From: Chamaesiphon sp.
GTDB lineage: Bacteria > Cyanobacteriota > Cyanobacteriia > Cyanobacteriales > Chamaesiphonaceae
Assembly: GCA_965246715.1 (NCBI GenBank)
Contig: CBDFFH010000054.1
Span: 4,864-68,863, forward strand
Direction: 5' to 3'
Length of the DNA stretch: 64,000 nt
Position 1 is the first letter of the stretch. Each line of letters starts with the position of its first letter. The notes under the pieces are model-generated. The model did no database searches. It had not been told where the DNA came from and was given only the letters and a program-made list of their open reading frames with translations. Of the stretch, positions 39,266-49,095 are shown piece by piece. The position numbers were made by a program, and so were the translations under genes.

Positions 39266-40849
39266 TTACACGCGTTCTTCACTGCGGTAACCACCACGGC
39301 GCTCGCCGCCGCGATTTTCGCGTTCGTAACGATCTCCTTCATTGCGGGGGCTGCTATCGCGCCGATCGTAGCGACCGCCACCACCAGTACCACCAGCATT
39401 ACCAGCACGGAGGACTGGTTTGCCACCAGCACCGCCACCGCCGCCACTGCGACGATCGCTACCACCGCGTGGTTTGTAGCTGTTAGATGAGCGTTCGCCA
39501 CCATATTCGCGATCGTTATTACGCGCTTGGGGTTCTTCCATGTCCAACCATGCGGGACGAGTTTGGTCGTAGACGAGTTGCAATGCTGCTGCCGCAACAG
39601 TATGTACGTCAAACTCTTCACTCATTTTGGCAATAATCGGTAAGAAGGATGCTACCCGTTCGCCAGAGAGAGCTTCAAGTACCTGAGCTTGCGTTTTTTG
39701 AACGTGAGCGGCTTCAACTTGAGCGCGAGTTGGAATCTGACAGACTGCAAGATTCTGTTTGACACGACGTTCGATCGCTTGGAGTTTGCGACGATCGAGT
39801 GAATGAATCAGGGAAATAGCTACGCCTTCTTTACCCGCACGACCCGTCCGACCGATCCGGTGGATATAGTTTTCGACGCTATCGGGTAAGTCATAATTGA
39901 TAACATGGCTGAGATGATCGACATCTAGACCGCGTGCAGCGATATCGGTAGCCACGATCCAACGCACTTTATCACCACGGAAGCGCGCTAAGAGGCGTTC
40001 GCGTTGAGTTTGAGTGAGGTCGCCATGATACTCATCCGCACTGTGTCCGGCAGATTGGAGTTGGTTGGTGAGTTCGGCTGCGGCTTTGCGAGTCCGGACG
40101 AAGATGATCGCCGAATCAGGCTGTTCGAGTTCTAAAATCGGTTGCAGCGCTTGCGCTTTAGTCCAACCGCGTGGGATGAAATAAACTTGCTGTTTGATTT
40201 TAGTCGGTGCCGCTTCGATCCGATCGGCAGTAACGGTAATCGGATTCTTGAGGAAGCGATTTACCAACGAGCGAATCGGCGGAGCCATGGTTGCCGAGAA
40301 GAACGCAGTTTGACGTTCGGTGGGCAACTTGCTCAAGATCAGTTCGATATCGTCGATAAAGCCCATACTGAGCATTTCATCAGCTTCATCAAGTACCAAC
40401 CAATCGACATTACCCAGGCGGAGATGTCCGCGATTGATCAAGTCGATCACGCGTCCGGGAGTACCGACGACTGCAGCGACACCGCTTTCGAGGCGGCGAA
40501 TTTGGAGGTCGATCGATTGTCCGCCATAGACAGTCAGGATCGGCGAGCGACGCTCGTTACCACCGACGAAAGTTTTCATAGCTTGCGACACTTGCATTGC
40601 CAACTCACGAGTGGGAGTTAGAATCAGTGCCTGCACTGTAGTTTTCTGCCAATCTAGCTTTTCGATAATGGGTAAAGCGAAAGCCGCTGTTTTACCAGTA
40701 CCAGTTTGCGATTGACCAACGACATCGCGGCCGGAGAGCAGTTGAGGAATAGCTTGTTCTTGAATGTTGGTTGGTTCAGTAATCCCCAGACCTTCCAATG
40801 TAGTGACTAAGCGATCGGAAAGACCAAGGCTAGAGAAAGAAACGGTCAT
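39266..40849 (-). CDS. crhR: DEAD-box ATP-dependent RNA helicase (CrhR-like) with RGG/Gly-Arg-rich C-terminal tail
   Basis: Q motif, GQSQTGTGKT, PTRELA, DEAD (VLDEADEML), SAT, HRIGRTGRAG. Lies downstream of rimO, as in the Synechocystis rimO-crhR operon. Confidence 0.9.
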   Translation of the reverse strand: MTVSFSSLGLSDRLVTTLEGLGITEPTNIQEQAIPQLLSGRDVVGQSQTGTGKTAAFALPIIEKLDWQKTTVQALILTPTRELAMQVSQAMKTFVGGNERRSPILTVYGGQSIDLQIRRLESGVAAVVGTPGRVIDLINRGHLRLGNVDWLVLDEADEMLSMGFIDDIELILSKLPTERQTAFFSATMAPPIRSLVNRFLKNPITVTADRIEAAPTKIKQQVYFIPRGWTKAQALQPILELEQPDSAIIFVRTRKAAAELTNQLQSAGHSADEYHGDLTQTQRERLLARFRGDKVRWIVATDIAARGLDVDHLSHVINYDLPDSVENYIHRIGRTGRAGKEGVAISLIHSLDRRKLQAIERRVKQNLAVCQIPTRAQVEAAHVQKTQAQVLEALSGERVASFLPIIAKMSEEFDVHTVAAAALQLVYDQTRPAWLDMEEPQARNNDREYGGERSSNSYKPRGGSDRRSGGGGGAGGKPVLRAGNAGGTGGGGRYDRRDSSPRNEGDRYERENRGGERRGGYRSEERV

Positions 40850-41140
40850 AATTTATAGTTAAGTGGTTCGGTATGATTGCAGTTGAAAATTTAGGAGCTA
40901 ATATTTAGGAATTAATCAGTATATTGACCTGGGAAAACATCGTACCCAATATTTAAACCATTCAGCGTAGGGATGGGTGAGAATTAGCTGCAATTCCACA
41001 CCGACAAGAGAAATACTAAATAGTCACAGAATGTTCGCATCAGTTGCGAGGCGTAGATTCCGTTATGAATTGTTGTCAGATAAATCGGGCTTTGTACTGA
41101 ATTCTAGCGGCTTCGCTCCAATCCAAAATCTAAATTAAAT

Positions 41141-42466
41141 TTAAATCTTGAATTCTACGATCGCTCCATGCAGATCGTAGTGGTCGGCTTCGTGGATAGT
41201 AACGGGAACGATCGACCCGAGCCGAGCACTCCCACTAACATACACTAATCCGTCTACTTCTGGGGCAAATCTAGCAGATCTCCCCACCAACAACCCAGAT
41301 TCTGGATGTTCCTGTTCGATTAAGACATCGACAATTTTACCCACTTCCCGCTGGTTGCGGTGGAGTGAAATCGGTTGTTGAATCGCCATAATCCCATCGC
41401 GGCGCTCGTCCATGACTGCCTGTGGCAGTTGGTGGGGTAGTGTCGCAGCAGGGGTTCCATCCTCAGCGGAGAAGGTAAACACACCAACATGATCGAATTG
41501 ATGACGTTGCAAAAATTCTTGGAGATGTTGGTAATGTGCGTCGGTTTCACCAGGAAAGCCGACGATTAGCGTTGTCCGCATCACCGCATCGGGCAGAGCA
41601 GTCTTGAGTTGCTCGATGATGCGATCGTTTACTTGTCCCTGCCACGGGCGATTCATGGCACGGAGTACTTCAGGATGAGAATGCTGTAGTGGCAAATCTA
41701 GGTATGGTAAGACATTAGCTGTCTCTTGCATTGCTGCAATTACCGTCGGTGTCAACCCTGTCGGATACGCATAATGCATCCGAATCCAAGGGATATCTAC
41801 TTTCCCTAGAGCGCGTAGGAGTTCCGCTAGTTTCGGCGCTCCATAGATATCGATGCCATAGTTCGTCGTGATTTGGGAAATTAGGATTAGCTCTTGGACT
41901 CCCTCATCTGCCAAACGTTGGGCTTCTGCCACGATCGATTCGATCGTCCGCGAGCGCTGGTTGCCCCGCAAGTGGGGAATGATGCAAAACGCACACCGAT
42001 AGTCGCAGCCTTCGGCTACTCTCAGGTAAGCTACGCCTTCCGTCGTCGTCCGATATCGCGGCGTATGCTCGTCAGCAATATAAGTTGGCTCTGCGGTAAT
42101 CTCGACTACGCGTTCGCCAGTTTGACTGCGTTCGATGACATCAACTATTTTGTGATAGTCACCAGTACCAACAACTGCTACAGCTTCGGGTATTTCTGCC
42201 AGTAACTGCGATTGGAAATGTTGTGCCATGCACCCAGTAATGACAATCTTTTTATCTGCTTCGGCAAGTTCGATTAGCGTGCGAACAGATTCTTCTCTTG
42301 CGGCATCGATGAAGCTACATGTGTTTACTATAACATAATCTGCAGTGCTTTCGTCGGCATCTACTTGGTAGCCTGCTTGTGCCAGCAGACCCAGCATATG
42401 TTCGCTATCGATTCGGTTTTTTTCGCAACCTAGGTGGGATATTGCAATCGTCGGCTTGTTGCCCAT
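41141..42466 (-). CDS. rimO: ribosomal protein S12 methylthiotransferase
   Basis: MTTase N-domain (LGCEKN), radical-SAM [12 protein letters not shown] domain. Confidence 0.95.
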   Translation of the reverse strand: MGNKPTIAISHLGCEKNRIDSEHMLGLLAQAGYQVDADESTADYVIVNTCSFIDAAREESVRTLIELAEADKKIVITGCMAQHFQSQLLAEIPEAVAVVGTGDYHKIVDVIERSQTGERVVEITAEPTYIADEHTPRYRTTTEGVAYLRVAEGCDYRCAFCIIPHLRGNQRSRTIESIVAEAQRLADEGVQELILISQITTNYGIDIYGAPKLAELLRALGKVDIPWIRMHYAYPTGLTPTVIAAMQETANVLPYLDLPLQHSHPEVLRAMNRPWQGQVNDRIIEQLKTALPDAVMRTTLIVGFPGETDAHYQHLQEFLQRHQFDHVGVFTFSAEDGTPAATLPHQLPQAVMDERRDGIMAIQQPISLHRNQREVGKIVDVLIEQEHPESGLLVGRSARFAPEVDGLVYVSGSARLGSIVPVTIHEADHYDLHGAIVEFKI

Positions 42467-43108
42467 GTAGTCTTGGTGTGGTTATCTCCAACAATAAGGT
42501 GGAACGGTTCTTTTCAACACTTTTCTCCCCAGACTACATCGGCTGCGCTTAGAGCGATTGCCAAGCTGATTTCATGCTCGATCTCCAGTTACGCTCCTAG
42601 ATTTGGGCTAAACTCTCGATCGGTGATGATGTTCGGTTGCTGCGGACGAATTCTGATGCTCGATCGACTAGCGAATTACTAAATTTAGCTCTGCTAGAAG
42701 ATCTGTGGCTCGGTTGAAAGTAGGCTATTTGAGTCATCAGGCTATATCTTAGCACAATGTTGCGGAATGTGAAGGGTAAGTTCGCGGATTGAGATAAGTC
42801 TGCGTTTTACTGAGGTTAATTCGAGCTTTGTCATCTGCATTTGGTCGTAGACTAAGTAAGTCCCAATACAATCACTAGTAACGTCAGAGTGGCGATCTCT
42901 GGTTCGCTCGCCACCCAACTAGTCACTAGCCACTAGCTAGTGGCCATTAAAATGAAGCCTAATTTGTGGATAATATAGGTGAAGATCGAGTTCGATAGTT
43001 CGGTCGCGCCCTCATCGAGTCAGTAGGCGCAAGGCTCGATCGCGTCAAAGCAAGTCTCTGACTGACGCGCCTGCTAGCAATCGCCATCCGCCTAGTTGAA
43101 AAAGAAAC

Positions 43109-43981
43109 GTGAACTTAAAGCAAATTTTTAATACTACTCAACCAATTATTGGTGTAGTCCATCTGCTGCCCCTGCCGACTTCGGCACGTTGGGGTGGTAG
43201 CCTCAATGCGGTTGTCGATCGAGCCGAACAAGAAGCAGTCGCACTAGTTTCTGGCGGTGTCGATAGCATCATCATCGAGAATTTTTTTGATGCACCATTT
43301 CCCAAAAGCAAAGTCGATCCGGCGGTAGTAAGTGCGATGACCACGATCGTCTTGCGGCTGCGAGAGCTGGTGTCACTGCCGATCGGGATCAATGTCCTCC
43401 GCAATGATAGTCTCAGTGCGATGGCGATCGCTAGTTGTACGGGCGCTGCCTTTATTCGGGTAAATATCCTCACTGGGGTAATGGCAACAGATCAAGGCTC
43501 GATCGAGGGTTGCGCTCATGAGTTACTCCGCTATCGGCGCGAACTCGGTAGTAACGTTCAGATTTTGGCAGATGTTTTGGTCAAACACGCTCGTCCCTTG
43601 AGTTCGAGCGATCTGACTACTACGGTGGAAGAAACTATCCACCGAGGGTTAGCAGACGCAGTAATTATCTCAGGGCTGACGACTGGCAATCCACCGAGTT
43701 TGGAAGATCTGCGACAGGCAAAAGCTGCTGCTGGCGATACGCCAGTAATTATCGGTAGTGGTGCCGATTGCGATAATATTGCCAGCCTGATGCAATTTGC
43801 CGATGGAGCAATCGTTTCCAGCTCCCTCAAACGTCATGGCAAAATCGAGAACTCGATCGACCCAATTCGCGTCAGTCAATTTGTGGAAGCCATGCGTCAA
43901 GATCTGACGAATAAATCCGTCCAACGGGCGATTGCAGATGGCAAAACATTCGACCCAATGTTGAGTAGACGGTCGAAATAA
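43109..43981 (+). CDS. btpA: BtpA/SgcQ family protein (photosystem I biogenesis factor)
   Basis: IIGVVHLLPLP...IIIENFFDAPF signature. GTG start. Confidence 0.9.
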   Translation: MNLKQIFNTTQPIIGVVHLLPLPTSARWGGSLNAVVDRAEQEAVALVSGGVDSIIIENFFDAPFPKSKVDPAVVSAMTTIVLRLRELVSLPIGINVLRNDSLSAMAIASCTGAAFIRVNILTGVMATDQGSIEGCAHELLRYRRELGSNVQILADVLVKHARPLSSSDLTTTVEETIHRGLADAVIISGLTTGNPPSLEDLRQAKAAAGDTPVIIGSGADCDNIASLMQFADGAIVSSSLKRHGKIENSIDPIRVSQFVEAMRQDLTNKSVQRAIADGKTFDPMLSRRSK

Positions 43982-43998
43982 GGGGATAGGGGATAGCG
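43981..43998. repeat. Heptanucleotide array (AGGGGAT-type) overlapping the btpA stop codon
   Basis: AGGGGAT AGGGGAT AGCG. Confidence 0.8.
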
Positions 43999-44065
43999 TT
44001 TGACGCGCTTTGCGCGTTATCGAGCCGCTGAATAACTTATACCTCTTGCATTTCCTCATCCCCAA

Positions 44066-44115
44066 CCCCTAAAGCCTATCCTCTAATATCCCCTATCCCC
44101 TAACCCCCATCTCCT
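44066..44115. repeat. Heptanucleotide STRR-like array (CCCCTAT/CCCCTAA-type) running up to the VKOR ATG
   Basis: CCCCTAA AGCCTAT CCTCTAA TATCCCC TATCCCC TAACCCC CATCTCC T|ATG. Confidence 0.85.
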
Positions 44116-45063
44116 ATGCGTCGCAAACAAGTTCCTTGGATACATCAGTACTCGCGCTTGCTAATTGGCTCGATCGCGATTTTAGGTATACTAGATACCG
44201 CCTATCTCACTTGGGTCAAACTCAGTCACAATGGCATTTGCGGGACTGAAGGTTGCGAAACCGTGCTTGCTAGTCCGTTTGCGAACGTCGGTGATTTCCC
44301 GCTGACGGGTTTGGGACTATTGAGCTATGTCGCTGTCGCATTGATGGCCTTCGCACCGATGTTAATTAATCCCAAAACTAATAAAGCAGCTTATAATCAG
44401 CTCAATAATCTCACTTGGCTGGGATTATTATTAGCTGGAGTAGGAATGGCCGTATTTAGCGGTTATCTGATGTTTTTACTAGCGTTTGTAATTAAAGCAG
44501 CTTGTCCGTTTTGTATTGCGTCGGCAATTTTTACATTTGCGATTTTGGGCTTGACATTAGCCGGACATGATTGGGAAGATGTCGGTCAAATTTTATTTAT
44601 GGGGATGGCAGCAGCATTGGTGGCGCTGGTCGTCTCGTTGGTATTTTACAACACCGCTACTGGTAGTCAGATAAATTCGCTTGCACCAACTGTCGCACCC
44701 GAACAGGGGATCGGCTGGGAAATTAAGTCTGTCTCTAGTCCTGCAGAAATTCAGTTAGCGGAGCATCTGACTCGCGCTGGAGCAAAAATGTATGGTTCTT
44801 ATTTTTGTTCTCATTGCTACGAACAAAAACAACTGTTTGGCAAGCAAGCTTGGTCAAAAGTTGCTTATGTCGAGTGCAGTCCTGGTGCATTAAAAAACAA
44901 GCCACAGCCGGAAGTTTGTCAGCAGGTTGGCATTAAAGGTTTCCCAACATGGTCGATCGATGGCAAATTAGATCCGGGCGTGAAGAAGCTGGCTAAACTA
45001 GCAGAATTGACTGGTTATAAGGGCAATACTGCATTTCAATACGATAAGTTATTTGCAAGATAG
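44116..45063 (+). CDS. vitamin K epoxide reductase (VKOR) homologue fused to a C-terminal thioredoxin-like domain
   Basis: Loop cysteines CGTEGC, TM4 active site CPFC, five TM helices, then a Trx-like domain with CSHC. Confidence 0.85.
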   Translation: MRRKQVPWIHQYSRLLIGSIAILGILDTAYLTWVKLSHNGICGTEGCETVLASPFANVGDFPLTGLGLLSYVAVALMAFAPMLINPKTNKAAYNQLNNLTWLGLLLAGVGMAVFSGYLMFLLAFVIKAACPFCIASAIFTFAILGLTLAGHDWEDVGQILFMGMAAALVALVVSLVFYNTATGSQINSLAPTVAPEQGIGWEIKSVSSPAEIQLAEHLTRAGAKMYGSYFCSHCYEQKQLFGKQAWSKVAYVECSPGALKNKPQPEVCQQVGIKGFPTWSIDGKLDPGVKKLAKLAELTGYKGNTAFQYDKLFAR

Positions 45064-45154
45064 TTGTCTTAGCATCGATCGAAACTCGGTTAATTTACAC
45101 GGTTACTCGATCTTCGGTAAGATCGGCAAGCACGACAACTAGTTATTTACCAAT

Positions 45155-45643
45155 ATGCTAAAAATCGCTCGGTTTCTGTTAACGGGGATGGCGGTAGTTC
45201 TAATATTACTAGGCGTAACATTGTTACCAGATAATGCCGCGATCGGGAATGAGATCGATTCGCTCGCACCAACCGCCGACCTCAAACAAGGTATCGGTTG
45301 GGAAATTAAGTCTACATCGGGAGCGGCAGAAATCAAGCTGGCAAAATATCTGACGCGCGCTGGCGCAAAAATGTATGGTGCATATTGGTGTCCGCATTGT
45401 TACGAGCAGGAGCAGCTATTTGGCAAGCAGGCGTGGAAATATATTACATATGTAGAATGTGCTGATGATGCTGTCAAAAATCCACAGCCTAAAGTATGTA
45501 AGCAAGCTGGTGTTACGGGTTTTCCCACATGGTCGATCGCTGGCAAGCTCGATGCTGGTGTGAAAAAGCTCGCCGAACTCAGTAAATTGACTGGCTATCG
45601 CGGTAATACTGCGTTTAAGTACGATAAGTTGTTTGGCAGATAA
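45155..45643 (+). CDS. membrane-anchored/secreted thioredoxin-like protein, paralogue of the VKOR C-terminal domain
   Basis: N-terminal hydrophobic helix. Residues ~35-162 align almost residue-for-residue with the last ~130 aa of the VKOR fusion. CPHC motif. Confidence 0.8.
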   Translation: MLKIARFLLTGMAVVLILLGVTLLPDNAAIGNEIDSLAPTADLKQGIGWEIKSTSGAAEIKLAKYLTRAGAKMYGAYWCPHCYEQEQLFGKQAWKYITYVECADDAVKNPQPKVCKQAGVTGFPTWSIAGKLDAGVKKLAELSKLTGYRGNTAFKYDKLFGR

Positions 45644-45733
45644 TCGATCGGAAATCGTGGGAAACTTGTGCGATCGACCCAAATGGTTTATATATTTTAA
45701 CATCAGCAAATACCACGATAGATTATTTACCGA

Positions 45734-46258
45734 ATGCTTAAAATCGATCGTTTACTCCAGCCAATTACAGCGATAGCGATCGTTGTTTGTACTAGCAATA
45801 TGCTGCTGCCCGCGCGCGCCAATCCAGTGTCAGTTGTCAATCGATCGACCGCAACCGCGCCTAAGGCCACGATCGATAATACCGCTAAAACACCTAGCGA
45901 TCGCTCTCAACGGATCTCGGCGGCAGATAAGGTCGAAACCGTCTCCGGAACTGCGGAAATCCAGCTGGCGGAATATTTAACAGCCAATAATGTGGAATTT
46001 TACGGTGCGTTTTGGTGTTCGCATTGCAAAGAGCAAAAAGCTTTATTTGGGGCAGTTGCTGCGAGTAAGCTCAATTACATCGAGTGCGACAAAAATGGTG
46101 AGAATTCGCAACGGCAATTGTGCAAGGACAAAAATATTCAAATGTTTCCGACCTGGGCGATTAAAGGTCAATTCTTACCTGGTACTCGCGATCTCCAGCA
46201 ACTTGCCGAACTAACTGGTTATCAAGGTGCGACGAACTTTAAATATAAGAAGAAGTAA
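45734..46258 (+). CDS. secreted thioredoxin-like protein, second and more diverged paralogue of the VKOR C-terminal domain
   Basis: Signal peptide (..LPARA|NP), linker, then SGTAEIQLAEYLT...FWCSHCKEQKALFG...FPTWAI...LAELTGY. Confidence 0.7.
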   Translation: MLKIDRLLQPITAIAIVVCTSNMLLPARANPVSVVNRSTATAPKATIDNTAKTPSDRSQRISAADKVETVSGTAEIQLAEYLTANNVEFYGAFWCSHCKEQKALFGAVAASKLNYIECDKNGENSQRQLCKDKNIQMFPTWAIKGQFLPGTRDLQQLAELTGYQGATNFKYKKK

Positions 46259-46362
46259 GTGTTTAGTGAAATAGACACCCGTACCGATCGGGTTATAATC
46301 TAGCTCGATCGTCCGATCGAGCTGTAATTAATTTGACTGCATCACCTATCTAAAATATTGAG

Positions 46363-47229
46363 ATGAGTTACTTACTGAATTTGTGGCGGTTTCCAATTTT
46401 ATCATTGCTATTATCCTCGTTAGTGTTAGGAGCGTTACCTGCTAGATCGGCACCGCAGATTTCGATCCCCGCTAGGATGACGACCCCAGAGAATTTAACT
46501 GCGAGGGAAAATTCGATCGATAAATCGATCGAGCGGCAAGCGCAGCAGACAATCGCACTCGAAGAATCGGTCAAAGTCAGCCCCCAATTAGAAAAGCAAA
46601 TCCTAGAAGTAATTCGCAAACATCCAGATGTGATGCTGGAAGTTTTACAGAAATATGCGATCGAGCAACAACTCAAAGCCCAAAAAGCCCAAGCTGAAGC
46701 CATCAAGCAAGTTCGCAAAAATACCAAAGATTTAATCGGTGATTCGCCCGTAATCGGGTCTACCGATCGCAAGATTGTGATGGTCGAATTTTCGGATTTT
46801 CAGTGTAGTTACTGCGCCGCTGCTGAGAAAAATGTCAAGCAATTTCTGGCAAAACACAAGGAAGTCACCTTAGTCTATAAACATTTTCCACTCACGCAAA
46901 TTCATCCCGAAGCATTACCTGCGGCTACGGCTGCTTGGGCGGCGAATAAACAAGGAAAATTTTGGGAATACCACGATGCTTTATTTGCCAATCAGGCTAA
47001 ATTGGGCGAGATTTTTTATCTAGAGACAGCTAATAATTTGAAGCTGGACATCAAAAAATTTACGGCCGATCGCAAAACAGCTGAAGCTGAGATCGTCAAA
47101 GATTTTCAATTAGGGCGTAAACTCGGCATCGAAGGCACTCCGACATTTATCCTTAATGGTGAGGCAATTTCGGGAGCAGCATCAGTCGCAGATCTCGAAA
47201 AAGTCCTGACCCCAGTTACGAAGAAGTAA
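46363..47229 (+). CDS. DsbA-family thiol:disulfide oxidoreductase with N-terminal signal and coiled region
   Basis: FSDFQCSYCAAAEKNV (CxxC), GTPTFILNG cis-Pro region. 288 aa. Confidence 0.8.
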   Translation: MSYLLNLWRFPILSLLLSSLVLGALPARSAPQISIPARMTTPENLTARENSIDKSIERQAQQTIALEESVKVSPQLEKQILEVIRKHPDVMLEVLQKYAIEQQLKAQKAQAEAIKQVRKNTKDLIGDSPVIGSTDRKIVMVEFSDFQCSYCAAAEKNVKQFLAKHKEVTLVYKHFPLTQIHPEALPAATAAWAANKQGKFWEYHDALFANQAKLGEIFYLETANNLKLDIKKFTADRKTAEAEIVKDFQLGRKLGIEGTPTFILNGEAISGAASVADLEKVLTPVTKK

Positions 47230-47328
47230 TCGTTAATTCTGGTTTGTCGAGCTTCCGATCTCCCGCCGATCCCCTCGATCGAGGGGATTAATGCGGTTAA
47301 GATAACTGTTACTACCAACGTTAATCCT

Positions 47329-48381
47329 ATGAGCGATTTTCCGCTAACTTCAATCCAGCCTGCTGTGTGGCGAATTTTAGATGCGAATTTCGATCGAGCG
47401 CGGGAAGGATTGCGAATCATCGAAGAATGGTGTCGATTTGCGCTCGATGACACCCACATGGCAAATGAATGCAAACAAATGCGTCAAGAATTGGGGCAGT
47501 GGCACACCCCAGAGATTCGCTCGGCACGAAATACCGCTGGAGATGTCGGCACCGCACTGAGCCATCCGTATGAAGAGCACCGCGCGGGGATCGAACAACT
47601 GCTGCAAGCCAATCTTTGCCGAGTCCAAGAAGCCTTGCGCGTACTCGAAGAATACGGCAAGCTCTACTCTGCCAAGATGAGTAGTGGCTGCAAGCAGATG
47701 CGCTATCGGGTGTATACCCTAGAGAGCAACCTGCTAGCCTACAATCGCCAGCAGCTACTCAAAAATGCCCGATTATATCTAGTCACAGCCCCAGCACCAG
47801 ACTTACTCGCCCGCGTCGAAGCGGCTCTAGCTGGTGGATTGACCCTAGTTCAATATCGTGACAAACAAAATAACGATGTCGATCGCGTGATGATGGCACA
47901 GCAAATGTGTCAACTCTGCCATCAATATGGGGCATTATTTATTCTCAACGATCGGGTGGATCTCGCCCTCGCAGTTGGTGCTGATGGGGTACATTTGGGT
48001 CAGCAAGATGTCTCGGTCGCCCTCGCTAGACAAATCCTCGGATCGCAAAAAATCGTTGGCAAATCGACCACAAACCCCGAGGAGATGGCGCGAGCTTTGG
48101 AAGAAGGTGCCGATTATATCGGGGTCGGGCCAGTTTATGAAACGCCGACTAAAGCTGGTAAAGCAGCAGCCGGACTGGAATACGTCCGACATGCCGCCAA
48201 ACATGCGACCGTGCCGTGGTTTGCGATCGGTGGGATCGATAGTAGTAATATCGATGATGTCTTAGCTGCTGGCGCACCTGCAATCGCGATCGTCCGCGCG
48301 ATTATGAGTGCAGAAAACCCTACTCACGCCGTGCAATTTTGTCTATCGATCTTAAATCGAGTCGGGCCATTGAAACGCTAG
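47329..48381 (+). CDS. thiE: thiamine-phosphate synthase with ~130-aa N-terminal extension
   Basis: C-terminal 210 aa are ThiE-like (LYLVT..., [28 protein letters not shown]). The N-terminal domain has no assigned function. Confidence 0.9.
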   Translation: MSDFPLTSIQPAVWRILDANFDRAREGLRIIEEWCRFALDDTHMANECKQMRQELGQWHTPEIRSARNTAGDVGTALSHPYEEHRAGIEQLLQANLCRVQEALRVLEEYGKLYSAKMSSGCKQMRYRVYTLESNLLAYNRQQLLKNARLYLVTAPAPDLLARVEAALAGGLTLVQYRDKQNNDVDRVMMAQQMCQLCHQYGALFILNDRVDLALAVGADGVHLGQQDVSVALARQILGSQKIVGKSTTNPEEMARALEEGADYIGVGPVYETPTKAGKAAAGLEYVRHAAKHATVPWFAIGGIDSSNIDDVLAAGAPAIAIVRAIMSAENPTHAVQFCLSILNRVGPLKR

Positions 48382-48491
48382 TAACGAGGCTGGCGATGTG
48401 CGCGACAATCGGTTAAAAGTAACTATTAACAGGCATTAGTGTCACGATTAATCGATAATTTATAATTCATCATTCGCAATTCCTAATTTTC

Positions 48492-48695
48492 ATGGTCGAA
48501 CTACAAGTAAATGGTGAGCCACGTACCTGCGATCTCCATACCACCCTCCCCCAATTATTAGTGCATCTGGGTCTCAATCCCAGGCTTCTGGCAGTAGAGT
48601 ATAATGGGGAAATTTTACACCGTCAGTTTTGGGAACAGACGGAGATAAAAGCTAACGATCGCTTGGAAATCGTCACGATCGTTGGGGGTGGATAG
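48492..48695 (+). CDS. thiS: sulfur carrier protein ThiS
   Basis: 67 aa, ubiquitin-like, ends ...IVTIVGGG. Confidence 0.85.
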   Translation: MVELQVNGEPRTCDLHTTLPQLLVHLGLNPRLLAVEYNGEILHRQFWEQTEIKANDRLEIVTIVGGG

Positions 48696-48720
48696 CTGAG
48701 TCAATAATTAACTGCGATCT

Positions 48721-49095
48721 ATGAATCCAAACACCGACAAAAACGTTCTCGGTAGCGAGCTTCAGACCTGCTGCACCGAGCCGATGACCGGATTTTTTCG
48801 TACTGGAGTATGTGTAACTGGGCCTCAAGACCTCGGTACCCACGTAATTTGCGCTCGTCTGACTGCTGAATTTTTGACTTTTACTAAATCTCAAGGGAAC
48901 GATCTGAGTACCCCCAATCCCGCTTATAATTTTCCTGGTTTGAATCCTGGCGATTGCTGGTGTCTGTGTGCGAATCGCTGGCGAGAGGCGTTGCAAGCTG
49001 GAGTAGCGCCACCAGTAAATTTAGCCGCAACACACGCTGCGGCACTCGATTTTGTTTCCTTGGCAGATCTTCAACAACATGCGATTTCCTCATGA
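48721..49095 (+). CDS. DUF2237 family protein
   Basis: NVLGSELQTCCTEPMTGFFRTGVC...GDCWCLCANRW Cys-rich pattern, typical of DUF2237. Confidence 0.7.
   Translation: MNPNTDKNVLGSELQTCCTEPMTGFFRTGVCVTGPQDLGTHVICARLTAEFLTFTKSQGNDLSTPNPAYNFPGLNPGDCWCLCANRWREALQAGVAPPVNLAATHAAALDFVSLADLQQHAISS

Noticed and set aside
39235-39621. 128-aa and 78-aa ORFs overlapping the helicase 3' end
   Set aside because: These are alternative frames of the GC-rich RGG-tail coding region with repetitive low-complexity translation. The helicase frame is continuous and explains the sequence.
42434-42682. 82-aa ORF and a 46-aa minus-strand ORF in the long rimO upstream region
   Set aside because: The first overlaps the rimO start in antisense. 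Composition is atypical, with no ribosome-binding context and no domain. I treat the region as leader or promoter DNA.
47230-47328. Searched for a TPP riboswitch upstream of thiE (and of thiS at 48382-48491)
   Set aside because: I could not find the CUGAGA / ACCUGAUCUGGAUAAUGCCAGCG-type conserved elements. There is only a 20-nt palindrome (ATCCCCTCGATCGAGGGGAT), which looks like the terminator of the DsbA-like gene. This needs an Infernal scan to be certain.
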